This document shows, one piece after another, positions 1-11,622 of a stretch of DNA of 64,000 nucleotides. The stretch comes from Moniliella sp. 'wahieum' (lineage: Eukaryota). Positions within the stretch are counted from its first letter, which is position 1. Every line of letters begins with the position of its first letter. Under the pieces are notes generated by a model that had not been told where the DNA came from, did not search any database, and saw nothing but the letters and a program-made list of their open reading frames with translations. The translations under genes were made by a program, and so were the position numbers. The stretch covers positions 558,001 to 622,000 of the forward strand of contig RSEE01000009.1 in the NCBI GenBank assembly GCA_003971905.1, read 5' to 3'.

Positions 1-1136
1 ATTTTGGAAAAGTGGTGGCGAGCGCGAAGGTGCTTTATAAGACGTGTGGGGAGGCAATGGCGCAGTCTTTGCATTAGTGTGAAAAGGGCCCTGCCACACT
101 ATATTAGCCTCACAGTGGCCGGCGGGCCGGACTAAGCACTGAGCGATGTATATCATGTGAGAACATCGTCATATTGTGGCAAACGGTGCAACCGGGGAGG
201 CCTTTCGCCTGTCTTATTAGTGGCGCGATGTGTATATACATGGTGATGCGAGTGGCGCGTGTAGACCACAGAACAACGTGTGCCAAGACTGCATCGCGGC
301 TCAGCCGCTGAGGTTCTTTGATCCACGGACTTAAGCAAATTGGGGCAGAGAGTGAGGGTGAGGTGAGGGTGCTGTGATGAAGTTTGAATGGGGGAATGTC
401 CGACTCGTATTAAGACCTCCAAACCATAATGCAAAAAGCACAGCAGAGGTCATGGCGACCCAAAAGAGTGGGTCAGACGTCCATATATAGACTCCTGCGG
501 GTGTGGTAGGAAGTCGCGCGGCCGTCCGACGACAGTGTATATATTTGAAGTCGGACCGAGATCGGATGCGAAAGTGTCAGGATGTCATATGGGTTACACA
601 TTGGTTACAACGGTTACAGGTTGCGTGTTGCGAGTAGTAGGCGCGTGAGCTTTTTGTCTACATTATACAAATCTCACGTATAATAGGGGGAGAGGAGAGA
701 GGATGACAGCCTGGGCAACAGTTGCATGAGAAGACTTTACCCGACGGGGGATTAGCGAATGGGGTGCAACTGCATGGACGCGCCACCACCAGGGAAATCA
801 TCCTTTTTGTCTCTCAGTCTTCGGAGAGCGATCGGTTTCCGGTCCGCACCGGAGCGTGCAGAGCGCTGCCGAATTTGAATGTACGCTGGACGTTGCGAGC
901 TTGAGCGCGTGGACGCGCGCTGCGTGACGCCTAACCCGCCTATGTAGCCGGATGCCGAAACGGCAATCAAGAACAAGCCCTATATTAATTGCTGGTGCCG
1001 GTGAGGCCGGTGAGCGCTGAGCGAAAGTAGAGACAAGCGGAGTGGGACTCGGAGGAGGGAGTGGACGGAGGGTGAGATCTCTGAGAAAGAGGGAAGGCGA
1101 AGCTACGAGTGGCCTATCTCTATGTTGTGTGCATTC

Positions 1137-1185
1137 CATTGACAAGAGCTTAAGGCTGGGACAGGGGGAACGCTACGTCTAAACC
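1137..1185. repeat. Dispersed short repeat, copy A (other copy 7806-7851)
   Basis: CATTGACAAGAGCTTAAGGCTGGGACAGGGGGAACGCTACGTCTAAACC; 42 of 49 aligned columns identical to copy B, same orientation. Confidence 0.85.
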
Positions 1186-1291
1186 GAACCGTTCATCTTG
1201 CGGGGGTTGTTTGGAAGCGCCACTAAGGTCAAGGAACCAGGGGATTGCCAGGATTTCAGGACCCTCCGCTCTCGCCATCCGGTCCCGTACC

Positions 1292-3328
1292 TTAGGAAGC
1301 GCGTGTGGACACGAGGAACGTGGTTGACATACGAGCGAGGAACCATTTCCACTGAGACTTAGTAGCCAACTCCTTCCAATGCGCAAACAACTTGCCCGCC
1401 GTCTTGGTGCCGTAGTATCCTCGCGTCGTCAAAACCAGGGGGAAAAACGGTTCTTGAGTGCGTCCCTGGTACTTGGCGTTCTTGTCGCATTCTGCTTGTT
1501 CAAGCAGCCGAAGCAGTTCCTTCTCCCGGCGTTCCAAAGGCGACGCAGTGCTCTCATGCACCACCCGCCGGTACGCGCTCTGCGCCTCCTGCGATCCCGT
1601 GTCGCGCAGCGTGTGGTCTACCTCCATTCCGGTTCCTCCCAGTGCTCCGGGCCCCATCACGCGGTAATCGTGCGCTGTGCCTTCCGTCCGCGCCTCGTCC
1701 CATCCTCTTCCTCCACCATAGGTTCGTTGTGGACGTGGGTGTCGGGGATGGAGCGTAGGAGCTGGAGAATGGGCTCCCGCACTGCCTCATGCAACGCACC
1801 AAACTTGGCCTGGGTGCGGGTGCAGGACATGATGTGTTCCAGCGAGGACATGACGCCGCACTTACATGCTGCGCGTGGTGCGGCACAGCGTGCGGAGCTG
1901 GAGACCAACCTGACCTGCTGGTCAGAGAGCTTGAGGTACGGGACGGATGGAATGGCGGAGAGCCATTGTGGCTCAGCGGGTTGCTGTGCTCAACCACATG
2001 GCGACCATCGGCAGCGTCCAGCTTCTGGAGCAGCTCCTGTCGACTTTGCTCCCACATCTCGCGGCAGCGCTGGCGTTGCTTCGTAAATGCGTTGGCCCTT
2101 GCCGTTTGCGGTCCCGAACGGTCAACATAAGTGGTAAAAGATAGTCGTTGACCTCGTTGGCCGCGGCACGGCGTGGGGCGCGATATACGAGTAAAGCGGG
2201 CTGCCACATCCTCCCAGCCGAAGAGGCAGGCTCATGAGCATGTCGAAGTGGTCGTCCTTGGCACCTTGGGGATCCTCGTCGCCCCGGATCCGTCTGAACT
2301 CCGTACAGATGAAGGCATCAATCTCGGCCAGCACGTCGTCTAGCCTCTCCTTCCATCTGCATGGTGTGCGGAGCAGGTGGCGCAGCTTGGTCTGAGTGTT
2401 GAGCCGCCATAGTAAGAGGCGTCCCTGGCGGGTGATGCCATCAAACTTAGGCATTTCTCCCTCAGACTGGCCAGTTGGGCCCGAGCCACGATCGACGACA
2501 GTCTACCCCTCCCACACAAGTGCCCAGAACCTGCAGACCATCCTCCCGAATCTGGTCCCGGTCCCGCTCGACACACTTACGCAGGTTGAGCTTGAGGCCT
2601 GACGCATCGTCTTCCAAAATCTCCGCGGCTAGGCCGGTAATGCCTGGCCCTGGACCGAAAATCGTAATGTCGTCCAGGTATGCCATCACCAGGTGCCCCG
2701 GCGGCAGGTCCTGTTCCAGTTTCTCCAGCGTGGGCCGCACTGCGATGGAGAAGAAAAAGGGGGCGAGGGGGTCGCCCTGCCGTACGCCCTCTGCCGACAG
2801 GACGTTGGTCTCATTTCCGCCCGACGCGACCCAGAGCTGGGTGGGGGAACCATAGATCCATCGGCCAAGGTGAGGAGATGGGGGCGTAGGCATGGAGCGC
2901 CTTGGCGAGTGTGCGACGGCGCACAGTGTTGAAGGCGTTGGTAAAGTCGAGCATGGCGACGTGGCTGAAGTCGCCCAGTTCCGCATCGTTCTCCCCGCCT
3001 GGCTCTGTCATGCGCTCGACCATCCGTACGATAGGCTCCACCCCTTTTGCGATGCTACTCCCAACTGGGTGGGGAGAAGCCAGCTGTTGGGGGCGATCGC
3101 TCGAGCGATGGCCTTGGCGCACAGGCGGTAGATCAGCTCCCCACAGGCGATGGGCGGATGCCTCCCGATGCCTTCTCCAGGGGGGTAAGGCGGGAGGCCA
3201 ACAGGAGCTCGCGTCCTGGGGCAGTGCCGTGGTAAATACTCTTGGTGAGGGCGGTGAGAAAGGCGACGAAGCGCTTGCATTCAAGGGCCGTTCTTAGGAG
3301 GGGCTGGGTCCACCCGGATAGACCTGCC
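1292..3328 (-). mobile_element. Non-LTR retrotransposon, RLE type (CRE clade, Cnl1/MoTeR-like): reverse transcriptase + CCHC-like knuckle + restriction-like endonuclease; probably 5'-truncated
   Basis: Frameshift-joined minus-strand ORFs give, in order: GLSGWT, LEKASGGIRPIACGELIYRL, QLGV, MLDFTNAFNTV, GVRQGDPLAPFFF, AYLDD, GLKLNLRKC, LPLRLGG, CKCG...EHIMSC, HEAVRE, EP...DYRV...EVD and KNAKY...FFPLVLTTRG. This is the RT domain 0-7 + thumb + Zn knuckle + RLE layout of CRE-clade elements. Confidence 0.9.
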
Positions 3329-4194
3329 CCAACGTCGATTACGCAAAAAGTGTCCGCCGTGCATCTTTTACGTCATAGGCACAAGCCCCAGTCCAGCGTG
3401 TGGATCCTCTTCAAGCCACGCCGCCTCAAGTCCCACAGTCTAATGCGGGAGGTGTTTGTCCACGTGCCACTCCCCTCCGTCCCTGCGCCCCGAAGGCTTC
3501 AGACACGTTTACTACTGCCCAGGCCGATGCACACGAGGCCTTTTGCCACACAACCTGCAGCCGCCTCTGCTATATACGCTGAGAGGCCGCTCATTGTCCC
3601 TTGCTCCGCGTCGGACGCACCAACCACAGCCCAAGCACGCAACTACCGCGAATCGACCTTAGGACCACTAAGGAATTGTACCCTTTTTAACCCCCAGGCG
3701 GGGCCCATCCATGACAGGTACTACAGCTGTTGCTATATGAGGGGGGGGGGGGCAATATAAGCAGAGTGATGGGGGGGGCGGAGGCGAGGACATACAGGCG
3801 TAAACTGTGTAATACGTTCAAGTTCTTCTCGGTCAACGTAATGCTGTGCGGTTTGAGGATATGAAAAGAAAACAAAAGGTGTGGTCCTGCTTCCTGCCCT
3901 CCCACATATACCATGCAGATTACTGCTGGCTTTTTTATATGTTTTTGTGGGTAGTTTCCTAATACCTTTGCATTGCCAGATGCCGCATCGTCCATTATTA
4001 CCTTACCAGCTTGATTTCTATATATCTTTCTCTTATTGGCGCTTGTAGTGCTTTGCTCCTTCCTCTCATCATTAATACGGCATGCAAGACAGCATCAGCT
4101 TCAACAACCACTACAGCATCACGGACTGTAGCACCACGAGTATATAATGGGCGTACGGAATGTTCAACTTTCAACGCGTACGTTCAATGTTGAA

Positions 4195-4231
4195 GTTCAA
4201 CGTTCAACGTTCAACGTTCAACACGTTCAAC
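4195..4231. repeat. Tandem heptamer (CGTTCAA)n array
   Basis: GTTCAA CGTTCAA CGTTCAA CGTTCAA CA CGTTCAA C, read directly. Confidence 0.9.
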
Positions 4232-5202
4232 TGTGATCGAGTGATCGATCATCGACTTTTACATATCATGCAATGGTGCAAATGAACGCGCCGCATTGCA
4301 TCAGAAACAGTTTTGCAGTTCGCCGCGCCTGGAAAAGAGCTGCACTGCAGCGGGCAGTCTGATGCCAGCCTATGTCTTCTATGCACCCTCTGCGTGATCA
4401 TTGGGCTGATGCATTTTGCCTCCGGTTGGGTCCCCTCATTAATCATTGCAGCGGCGCATCAGGGCGTGTGCTGCACAGGCATTGGCCCGTGTGGGCGGAG
4501 GGAGTGATGCGCGTGATGCACTTTGAGTGATCAATGATCGATGATCTGGTGATGCATGATGTGTGGTCGATGATCGATGGTCCGCGATGTGTGACCGTGG
4601 CCATCATGCTTCGCGCGGGGTGGCCTGGTACTGAGTACACGGAGTACGGATACCGAGCTCTGAGTAACGCGTAACGGGTAAGGCCTAAGGCCTAAGCGCC
4701 TGTTGAGCTACCAGGGAGTGGTGAGATCTGAGATCTGAGATCAAATGTGAGACTCGACTTCCACCCCCGGCCACCCCGCCTGCAATTACATGTATCACAA
4801 CTTCCATTGCACCGGCCCCTCCACTGAAATTTGAAAGTACCTGCCCCCACTGTGCCAGTGCCCTTTATCCGGGTGCGGAGCTCCACATGTCTCACCCCCC
4901 GCAGTGTGTGCTCACTTTGGCCGCTCCGGGCATTCGGCCTGCGTATTGGCCCAAAGACAGCCGCCTCTGCGGCGCCGGCACTAGTTCCAAGGACTTAAGC
5001 ACGGGGGCAGTGCGCGTGAACGGCGGACGCGCCTGTTCCGTCCCCCATGGGCGATGTCTTAGTGCAACACCTGGCTCGTACCCTTCTCTACCCCATGTGA
5101 CACAGTCATGGCGGGCTCGATCTGGGCATGGGGCCTAGGACAGGCTGCAAATGCAATACAAGGCACAGGCACGGGGCCGCAAGTCACCGGTCACCGGTCA
5201 CC

Positions 5203-7779
5203 ATGCAGTACCCCAGCCGGGAAGGGGTGGGCGCATGTGCCCGCCGATGCCGCTGGTGCCATGCACCGCTGCTGAGCCCATGTCTGCCGCATATACCAGC
5301 GGCAACCATACAACACAGAGCAGTGTGCTGCCCGGAGGCTTTCTTCCTGGTTACCCTGCAACCACTTTCTCTCAGATCCCATCCACCATTCCCTTCCCAG
5401 CTTCGCTCCTCCGCCGCCAACAGCGCCGTCCATATCACTATGCCCGACAGCCGTCCGCCAACGCTGCCGCCAATCCACGACGCCCGCGCGCCTGGACCCC
5501 TGGTGACACCCCATTGCCGCCTATTGACCAGCTCGTCGGAGGACCTCCTCACGCGCCTTCGCTCCCGCCAACACTGTCACGGCCACCGCGACCATCATAT
5601 CCACAACCACCTCCTTGGCCAGGTGGCTCCCATATTCTGCCCCTCTGCGTTCTTTGGGCCAAGGTCAAGAAAGGAGCTGGCGTGAGTCCCCCCTCTCCCC
5701 CTTCGGTGCTCCATGCACCTCCACCGCCTGGACCACCCCAAGCCCCACCGGGTGAGTGGGACATGAGTTATGTCCCCCCGGGGGAAGCGCAGACGCTCAC
5801 ACGCTCATGCACCGCTTGCCACAAAGCCAAGCGGAGGTGCGACCGACGGTGCCATGCGGCAACTGTCTCTCCAACGGAAAAGTGTGCCAATACTTGTGCG
5901 TCCCCGGAGCCCTTCTAGACTCACAATCTCAGATTGCTGACTATTGTTTGGTTGCGCAGGGATGAAGTCGGGGTTCTGCCTGCACCCGCCTCTATGCCCG
6001 AGCCAGATACTGAAGTTTACGATCATCCTTTGCCACAGTACGGCGCATGTCCATGAGCGATGTGGGATTCCTTACCCGCCCCGGAATGGAGGTCCAGGCC
6101 CTGAGTCCTTGCTAAGGCAGCATCAGGCCCACCGAGCCACCCATCCCTTCCATCCACAGCAAGCTCTCTCTGACCCGGGCAGCCCCCCTTCGGTCTTGGC
6201 TCCCCACACACAGGCGCTGCTTCCGTGCTACCTCCCGCCCCCGGATCATCCCTTACTCTCATACTCGCGACCCACTCGGATCCATCTGGGTCGGTTTCAT
6301 CTACCACCACGTTGGGCTATCCCACAACCAGTGGAGCAGCACCCTCCCACCCTCTCCGAAAGCTGCAATCCCCCCCCTTTCATCTGGATGGGAGCTTGGC
6401 CCTCGACGTGATGTGGGGGGACCGCGCAGGGCACGTTGGGCGACAAGCCCTGACCTACCCCTTTCCCCACCTTTGCCTCTTGACTCGACACCACCCGCCC
6501 CGTTTCCCACTGTACTTATTGCACCGCCAGCACGAGCCCGACCACCCCATGCACAATCCCTGAGGGAAGGCAGGGCGCACCTTGGTCTCCCATCGAGACC
6601 ACTGTTCTCTCTCTCCTCTCTCCCGTCTCACAGCGTGCAAGCCAATTACCTCGCACTTTTCCGCCAAGTGGGGTTCCCTCTGAATGTGCCTTCCCACTCT
6701 GGAGCAGGCCAAGAGATGTGGGGTACGCCTACGTTGCCTCCCTGCGCTCCTTCACGCACTCTATGCTTTGGTGGCACCCGATGCGAGCGATGTGGAGGCT
6801 CACATTCGAGCTGCCCGTGTTTTGTTGGCACTGCATGCTTCTGAGAAAGAAGACGAAAAGGGAGTAATGGGCGGAGCACCCATGGCGTACGCATTATTGG
6901 CTTTGTGCTCTCTCCAGCTGGGACAAGCACGCCAAGCTATGCTGGATGCCACCTTGGCTTGGCGCATGTTAGATCCGTCCTCATCTGTCCGCTTACGCAT
7001 GGCGATAGCCGTAGTGGAAGGGCTGGCATCGCTCTATGCTGGGGTCCAGTCGGGGGTACCACTGACGATGACGGAGAGCTCCGATCCGATGACCCAAGCA
7101 CTTTTTTTCCTTGTCGTCAACCACGCGGCTCAACACCCGGGCTGGCGTCGAGACTTGGTCTGCCACTCTCCCCGCCTCCCTAGCATATACGGGAGAGCAG
7201 GTAGGGCCTTGGCTGAGGCCGGTGCACGGGGTTCCATCCCCTCCTGAAACCTTGGCCTGGGTCAGCATGCATCCTTGCAGCTCGTGTACAGCTCTGCTCG
7301 CCTCATGTTTCTACCTCGGCCATTGGCCGAGGCAGGGTGGCCACACTCGAAGCCGCAATTGAGGTGAACCCAACCTGGAGCCGGGCAGTGAAGGTGTTCT
7401 TGCTCTTGGGCCAGGTTGCGCTCCACCGACCTGAGCAAGCGTTGGATGGAGCAACACAAATGCGCTGGCAGTGCTAGAGCGCCTGCCCGAACGTGATGGA
7501 GCTCTTATGGACCATCCCCCTTCTCCGCGGAGAGGGGGTCAAAAAACCGGGTATCTGTGCGTCCCTCTGGTTCAAACCTATATGTTGACAACACTACCAC
7601 GACGACAAAGCATGACGCTTCCCCCCTCCGTGCGCCACGGGCATTCTTATCCCACCCTTATTATTAGTGGCCTTATCCTGATACGCACCAAAATGGTACA
7701 CACCATGCAATCTGTACGAAGATGTTCAATGCCATGTTTTCAAATGGCTCTCTCTCAGTGTCCGTATTATTTGTACTAG
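5203..7779 (+). CDS. Zn(II)2Cys6 fungal transcription factor (multi-exon, frameshifted; ends approximate)
   Basis: RSCTACHKAKRRCDR.VPCGNCLSNGKVCQY binuclear cluster at ~5800-5898 across a frameshift. Pro-rich N-terminus and a helical middle region downstream (LPALLHALYAL..., YALLALCSLQLG). Confidence 0.8.
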
Positions 7780-7805
7780 AGGTCTATATATAACTGCATC
7801 CATAT

Positions 7806-7851
7806 CATTGACAGAGCTTAAGCTGGGACTGGGAAACGCTATGCCTAAACC
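7806..7851. repeat. Dispersed short repeat, copy B (other copy 1137-1185)
   Basis: CATTGACAGAGCTTAAGCTGGGACTGGGAAACGCTATGCCTAAACC, between the convergent 3' ends of the TF and MFS genes. Confidence 0.85.
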
Positions 7852-8156
7852 TATCAACAGCTACAGTAATGAAGAAATTTCTCTGGAATGGGGACGTGTG
7901 TAACAAACAAACAAGAATAAACACATTGCTGCACAAAAAGCAAAGAAGCGAAGCGTGCAGACCTCTAAGTGTAGGATGAATAAGTAAATCGATATCTTCG
8001 TCAGCGCGGTCATTCGTCCAAAGTCGTCAAGGGTATTGTTCGAGTAAAGTGTGCAAGCAAAGAGAAACATAAGTCCAGGAGAGGATATTCTCATCGAAAA
8101 GAAAAAAAGGATGGAACAGTTGCCATTATACAAAATGATCAGAGGACACCCGACAG

Positions 8157-10034
8157 CTAAGGATTCGTACGACGCCACCGCTCACCATGTGTCAAAAGAA
8201 GGAGTGTGGATGGCACAGTCATTCCCGAGAAAGCTGCGACGACGACGAAGGCCCACCCTGGACCGGTAGCATGCAATAGGGGTTGAATGACAGCTGTGCC
8301 CACTGCCCCAAAAGCGCATCGGACGAAATTTGCCGCTGCCGCCACTCCTGCTCCTTGAGACGGGAGATAATCCATCTGCGTAGTAGAGAAAAGGGAATTG
8401 AGCATGCCGACGCTCATTCCGTTGAATGCTAACAGCACAATGGGCACCACAGCCGGGGAACGACCCAGACACATCCGTACCCTGCAATCGCAGCGATGTG
8501 GACTGCAATTGCGTAGGGCCAGAGGAATAAGCGCGTACGTTCCAATGGAAATAATGGGTTACGAGGATCAACTTTGGGAGACACGTAGCACCCCAGAAAG
8601 GGAAGATGGGAGCGTTGGGGTGCTTCTTCCCGCTTCAACCTGCTCTTGAGCGAGTAGGATCGCCACACGCCTCTCGACGCGGGCAAATTTACGGTCCATG
8701 AGGCGCCCGGTGACAAATGCCGAAGTGCAAGCCCCACCCCCGGTGGCGAGAAAGACGAGCCCGGCTTGGATAACAGATAGTGGTAATACTCTTGGAAGTT
8801 GTTTGCAACGGTTGAAAGAACCATAAACTGAGACGCGAAAGGGAGACCATATCCCAGAAAGCAGCAGAGTGCCTCGCGTCTCAATAGTAAACGGAGCGGG
8901 GAACGAAAAAGTGCGCCGAGTTTTTGAGAAGAAGATGGGCGGATCGTTTGGAAGGGGGAATTGCTCAAGCTCTTGCGGATCACAGGCAGGGGGCAGTCCT
9001 GGACGCTGCATTCCTGTGACCTGAGCAACTGTGCGGTGCAAGAGGAGAGCAAAAAGGGGCTCGGGAACCTGGTGGGCAGGGCGGGATCCATTTCCCCACC
9101 AACGAGCGTAGAGTCTCGGCAAAAAAAGCAAAATGAGGAGGAGGCAAAGCGCAGCGATACCCAGGCAAAACAGGAAGATCGTACGCCATCCATCGGCCGC
9201 GGTGAACAGAGCACCAAGGGTAGGTGAGCATGCGGGGCCGACGGATGAGCCAGAATTGAGAATACCAATGGCTCCTGCACGGTGGCTAGCGGGGAAAATA
9301 TCTGCCACCACGCCGGAAGCAATGCTGAACACAGCGCTACTACCACATGATTGCAGTAAACGCAGTAAAAGAAGACCCACATAAATGTGTCTTATTTGTT
9401 GCTGTGGCATTGGGCAAGATATAGGCCCAGGCAGGCCCGAGGTAGAGCACGAGGGAAATAGGAAACTTGGGCGTCGTCCCGTCAAATCCGTATTGGCTCC
9501 AATAACGAGGGGTGCAATGGCTTGGCCCACCATGTATATTGTTACACTTAATTGAATCTCCTCAGCCGATGCCATGAGGTCCTGTCGTGGGACGGGTCAG
9601 TCTGTGTTTCTGAGACACACCAGAGCGGGGATGGGGACCAAAAGAGGTATATACAAACCTTGCAGATTGAAGGCAGCGCACCCATGTAAATATTGGAGGT
9701 CATTGGCCCTAAGAAGCCTGTGAGGGTCACAAGTGCCAAGATAATACGGGTGTGGCTTGTGCTCAGGATAGTGTATACCGTTGAATTATCGTCGGCCGAC
9801 AACTTGAGCACACACCACTGTTTGGACATGCCGGTTTTTCGCCCCTTCAGTTAGCTCGGAAATTGAGCTCGTTTGGCCATTGATATTAGCCTCTGTCTTT
9901 GGGACAAGTGGCGAAGGCGGTAAGAGAGTTGAATTCGATGCCCACCCGTCATGATAGTACCAAAAGGAGAAGATTGTCCGGGCAATTCGTGAGACGACTA
10001 TCCCAGTCGTCAGATCCGTGGAACTCTTCTCCAT
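8157..10034 (-). CDS. MFS drug:H+ antiporter (DHA1, Qdr/Aqr-like)
   Basis: GFLGPMTSNIYMGALPSI, intron (~9578-9657), IQLSVTIYMVGQAIAP, DLTGRRP (motif A), LLLLRLLQSCGSS...GVVADIF, GWRTIF, AAANFVRCAFGAVG; many TM segments. Confidence 0.9.
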
Positions 10035-10660
10035 GGGTCCGACTCGAAACAGAGGTAGGTGTAAGGAGAGGTGAAGCGGTGCGACTGGAGATGGGTGTAT
10101 TCTTGCCTGAATTCAGAGAAAACGAGGGTCGCTTGGCATCTTTTCGAGCCCCATGAGGGATGATGCGTCCATGTGCAGAAGAAACGAGAGGCGAGGGAGG
10201 GTCGCAGAGAGAATGTGGGCGTGTGGTCAACGAGAGGGAACCGCAAAACGAAGATTTACCTCGCGGGTGGAGAGTCGACGAGATAGTTTTGGTGGCAATG
10301 ACTACTAACAAAGGTGGGGGTTGATGCATTGATGTTTTGACGTTTTACCGGTTGACTTGTGTAAGATGTGGGCGTGGATGAGTTCAGGAGCTATAGGAGG
10401 AACTCAGGAGCTCAGCGCTATCTTAATCATGGACTTCTATCATTTTGCAATTTCAAAGGACGCGTGCATGGCCACGTCGCACCACCACCAATAGATACCA
10501 ATGAGACGAACCGTGCGTGCATATCAAAATGGACCAGTTTGCAAAACGCGCGGCCATGCGGCAACTCTCTTTCCACCATTACCTCTCCGGATTACGTCTC
10601 CCTTGGCAACTGTCTCCGACTTCCTACGTTAAAGAGCAGCAACTGTACTGCTCTATCAAC

Positions 10661-11622
10661 ATGCCAGATTCGGACCGTTGCGAAGGAGTGGCTCTGGCCC
10701 AGGATGGTGCTCAAATCCGGTTTCGTTTGCTCGGTGGGGGCCTGAAACCCACCGCAGTGCCCATCGTATTGGTACGTTGTCTAGTAATGAGCCAGTTTTG
10801 ACCCTGCGGCTGGGCTAATTAAGTACAGGTGGCGGGGGGGGGTGTGGTGGATGATTGGGCCCCGCTAGATCAAGCTCTCTCCTCCACTCGCCTGTGTCCT
10901 ACTCGTTGACAATAGGGGGATGGGGACCTTACCGCCCCCGGAGGTTGAACCAGCAGTGACTTTGGACAAGATGGCGTTGGACATATTGGACGTCTTGCTT
11001 CACTTGAAGATCAAGGAGGTGAACATATTGGGTTGGAGTTTGGGTGGGCTCGTGTCCAGCATCTTCTTACCCATTCTGTGTCCAGCGTCGATGGGGGAAA
11101 ACTCATTTTGCAGGGTCACACTCAAGTTCGCAAGGTTGTCCTAGCTGCTACCTTTCCCCGTTCCTTACGACAGGAGAGCAGTAACCCACCCCACCCCCAC
11201 CCCCCTCCTTCTGACGAGGCGGGGAAGCTACACTGGGCCAGGAAGATGGTGGAGAAACAGTATTTTGCGGCGTTTGTGCAGGACAAGAGGAACGAAGAGT
11301 TTCTTGTCCAGCGGACACATGACGCCCTTACTGGCCATCGACCTGAACACGTGGTCGGGAAACAGATCGAGACTCTAAGGCAAGAGGGCGTAGACGTATC
11401 GTCACGCTTGGCTGCCTGCGTCCCGGCGCAGGTGGGAGTGGCTGTGATCCATGGCAAGCTTGATGAAGCTGTCAGTCCTCGGGAGGAGTTATTGCTTCAG
11501 GCTTTGCCACAGGCCTGCATCTAGCCCACCCAGTCATTGGTCACGACTTTGGCCATGCCTGGTTCGACGTACCCGATGCCCAATCCTGGGCCCAGACTCT
11601 GGAGAAGTGGCTCGACGCTTGA
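10661..11622 (+). CDS. Alpha/beta hydrolase
   Basis: DGAQIRF, intron ~10772-10828, VDNRGMG, nucleophile elbow GWSLGG, HGKLD (acid) and FGHAW (catalytic His); ends EKWLDA-stop at 11622. Confidence 0.85.

Noticed and set aside
3687..4193. Short ORFs in the AT-richer block beside the retroelement
   Set aside because: No recognisable domain; may be decayed TE sequence, but this cannot be supported.
4682..4696. GGCCTAA x2 as an interstitial telomere repeat
   Set aside because: Only two units, not CCCTAA, and about 1 kb from the retroelement junction.
4195..4742. Short regularly spaced repeats as a CRISPR array
   Set aside because: Units are 7 bp with no unique spacers, there are no cas genes, and the context is eukaryotic.
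7806..7851. Resemblance of the reverse complement (CGTTTCCC.GTCC...TTAAGCT) to 5S rRNA
   Set aside because: The match is patchy, spacing is wrong, and there is no box C or 5S terminal stem.
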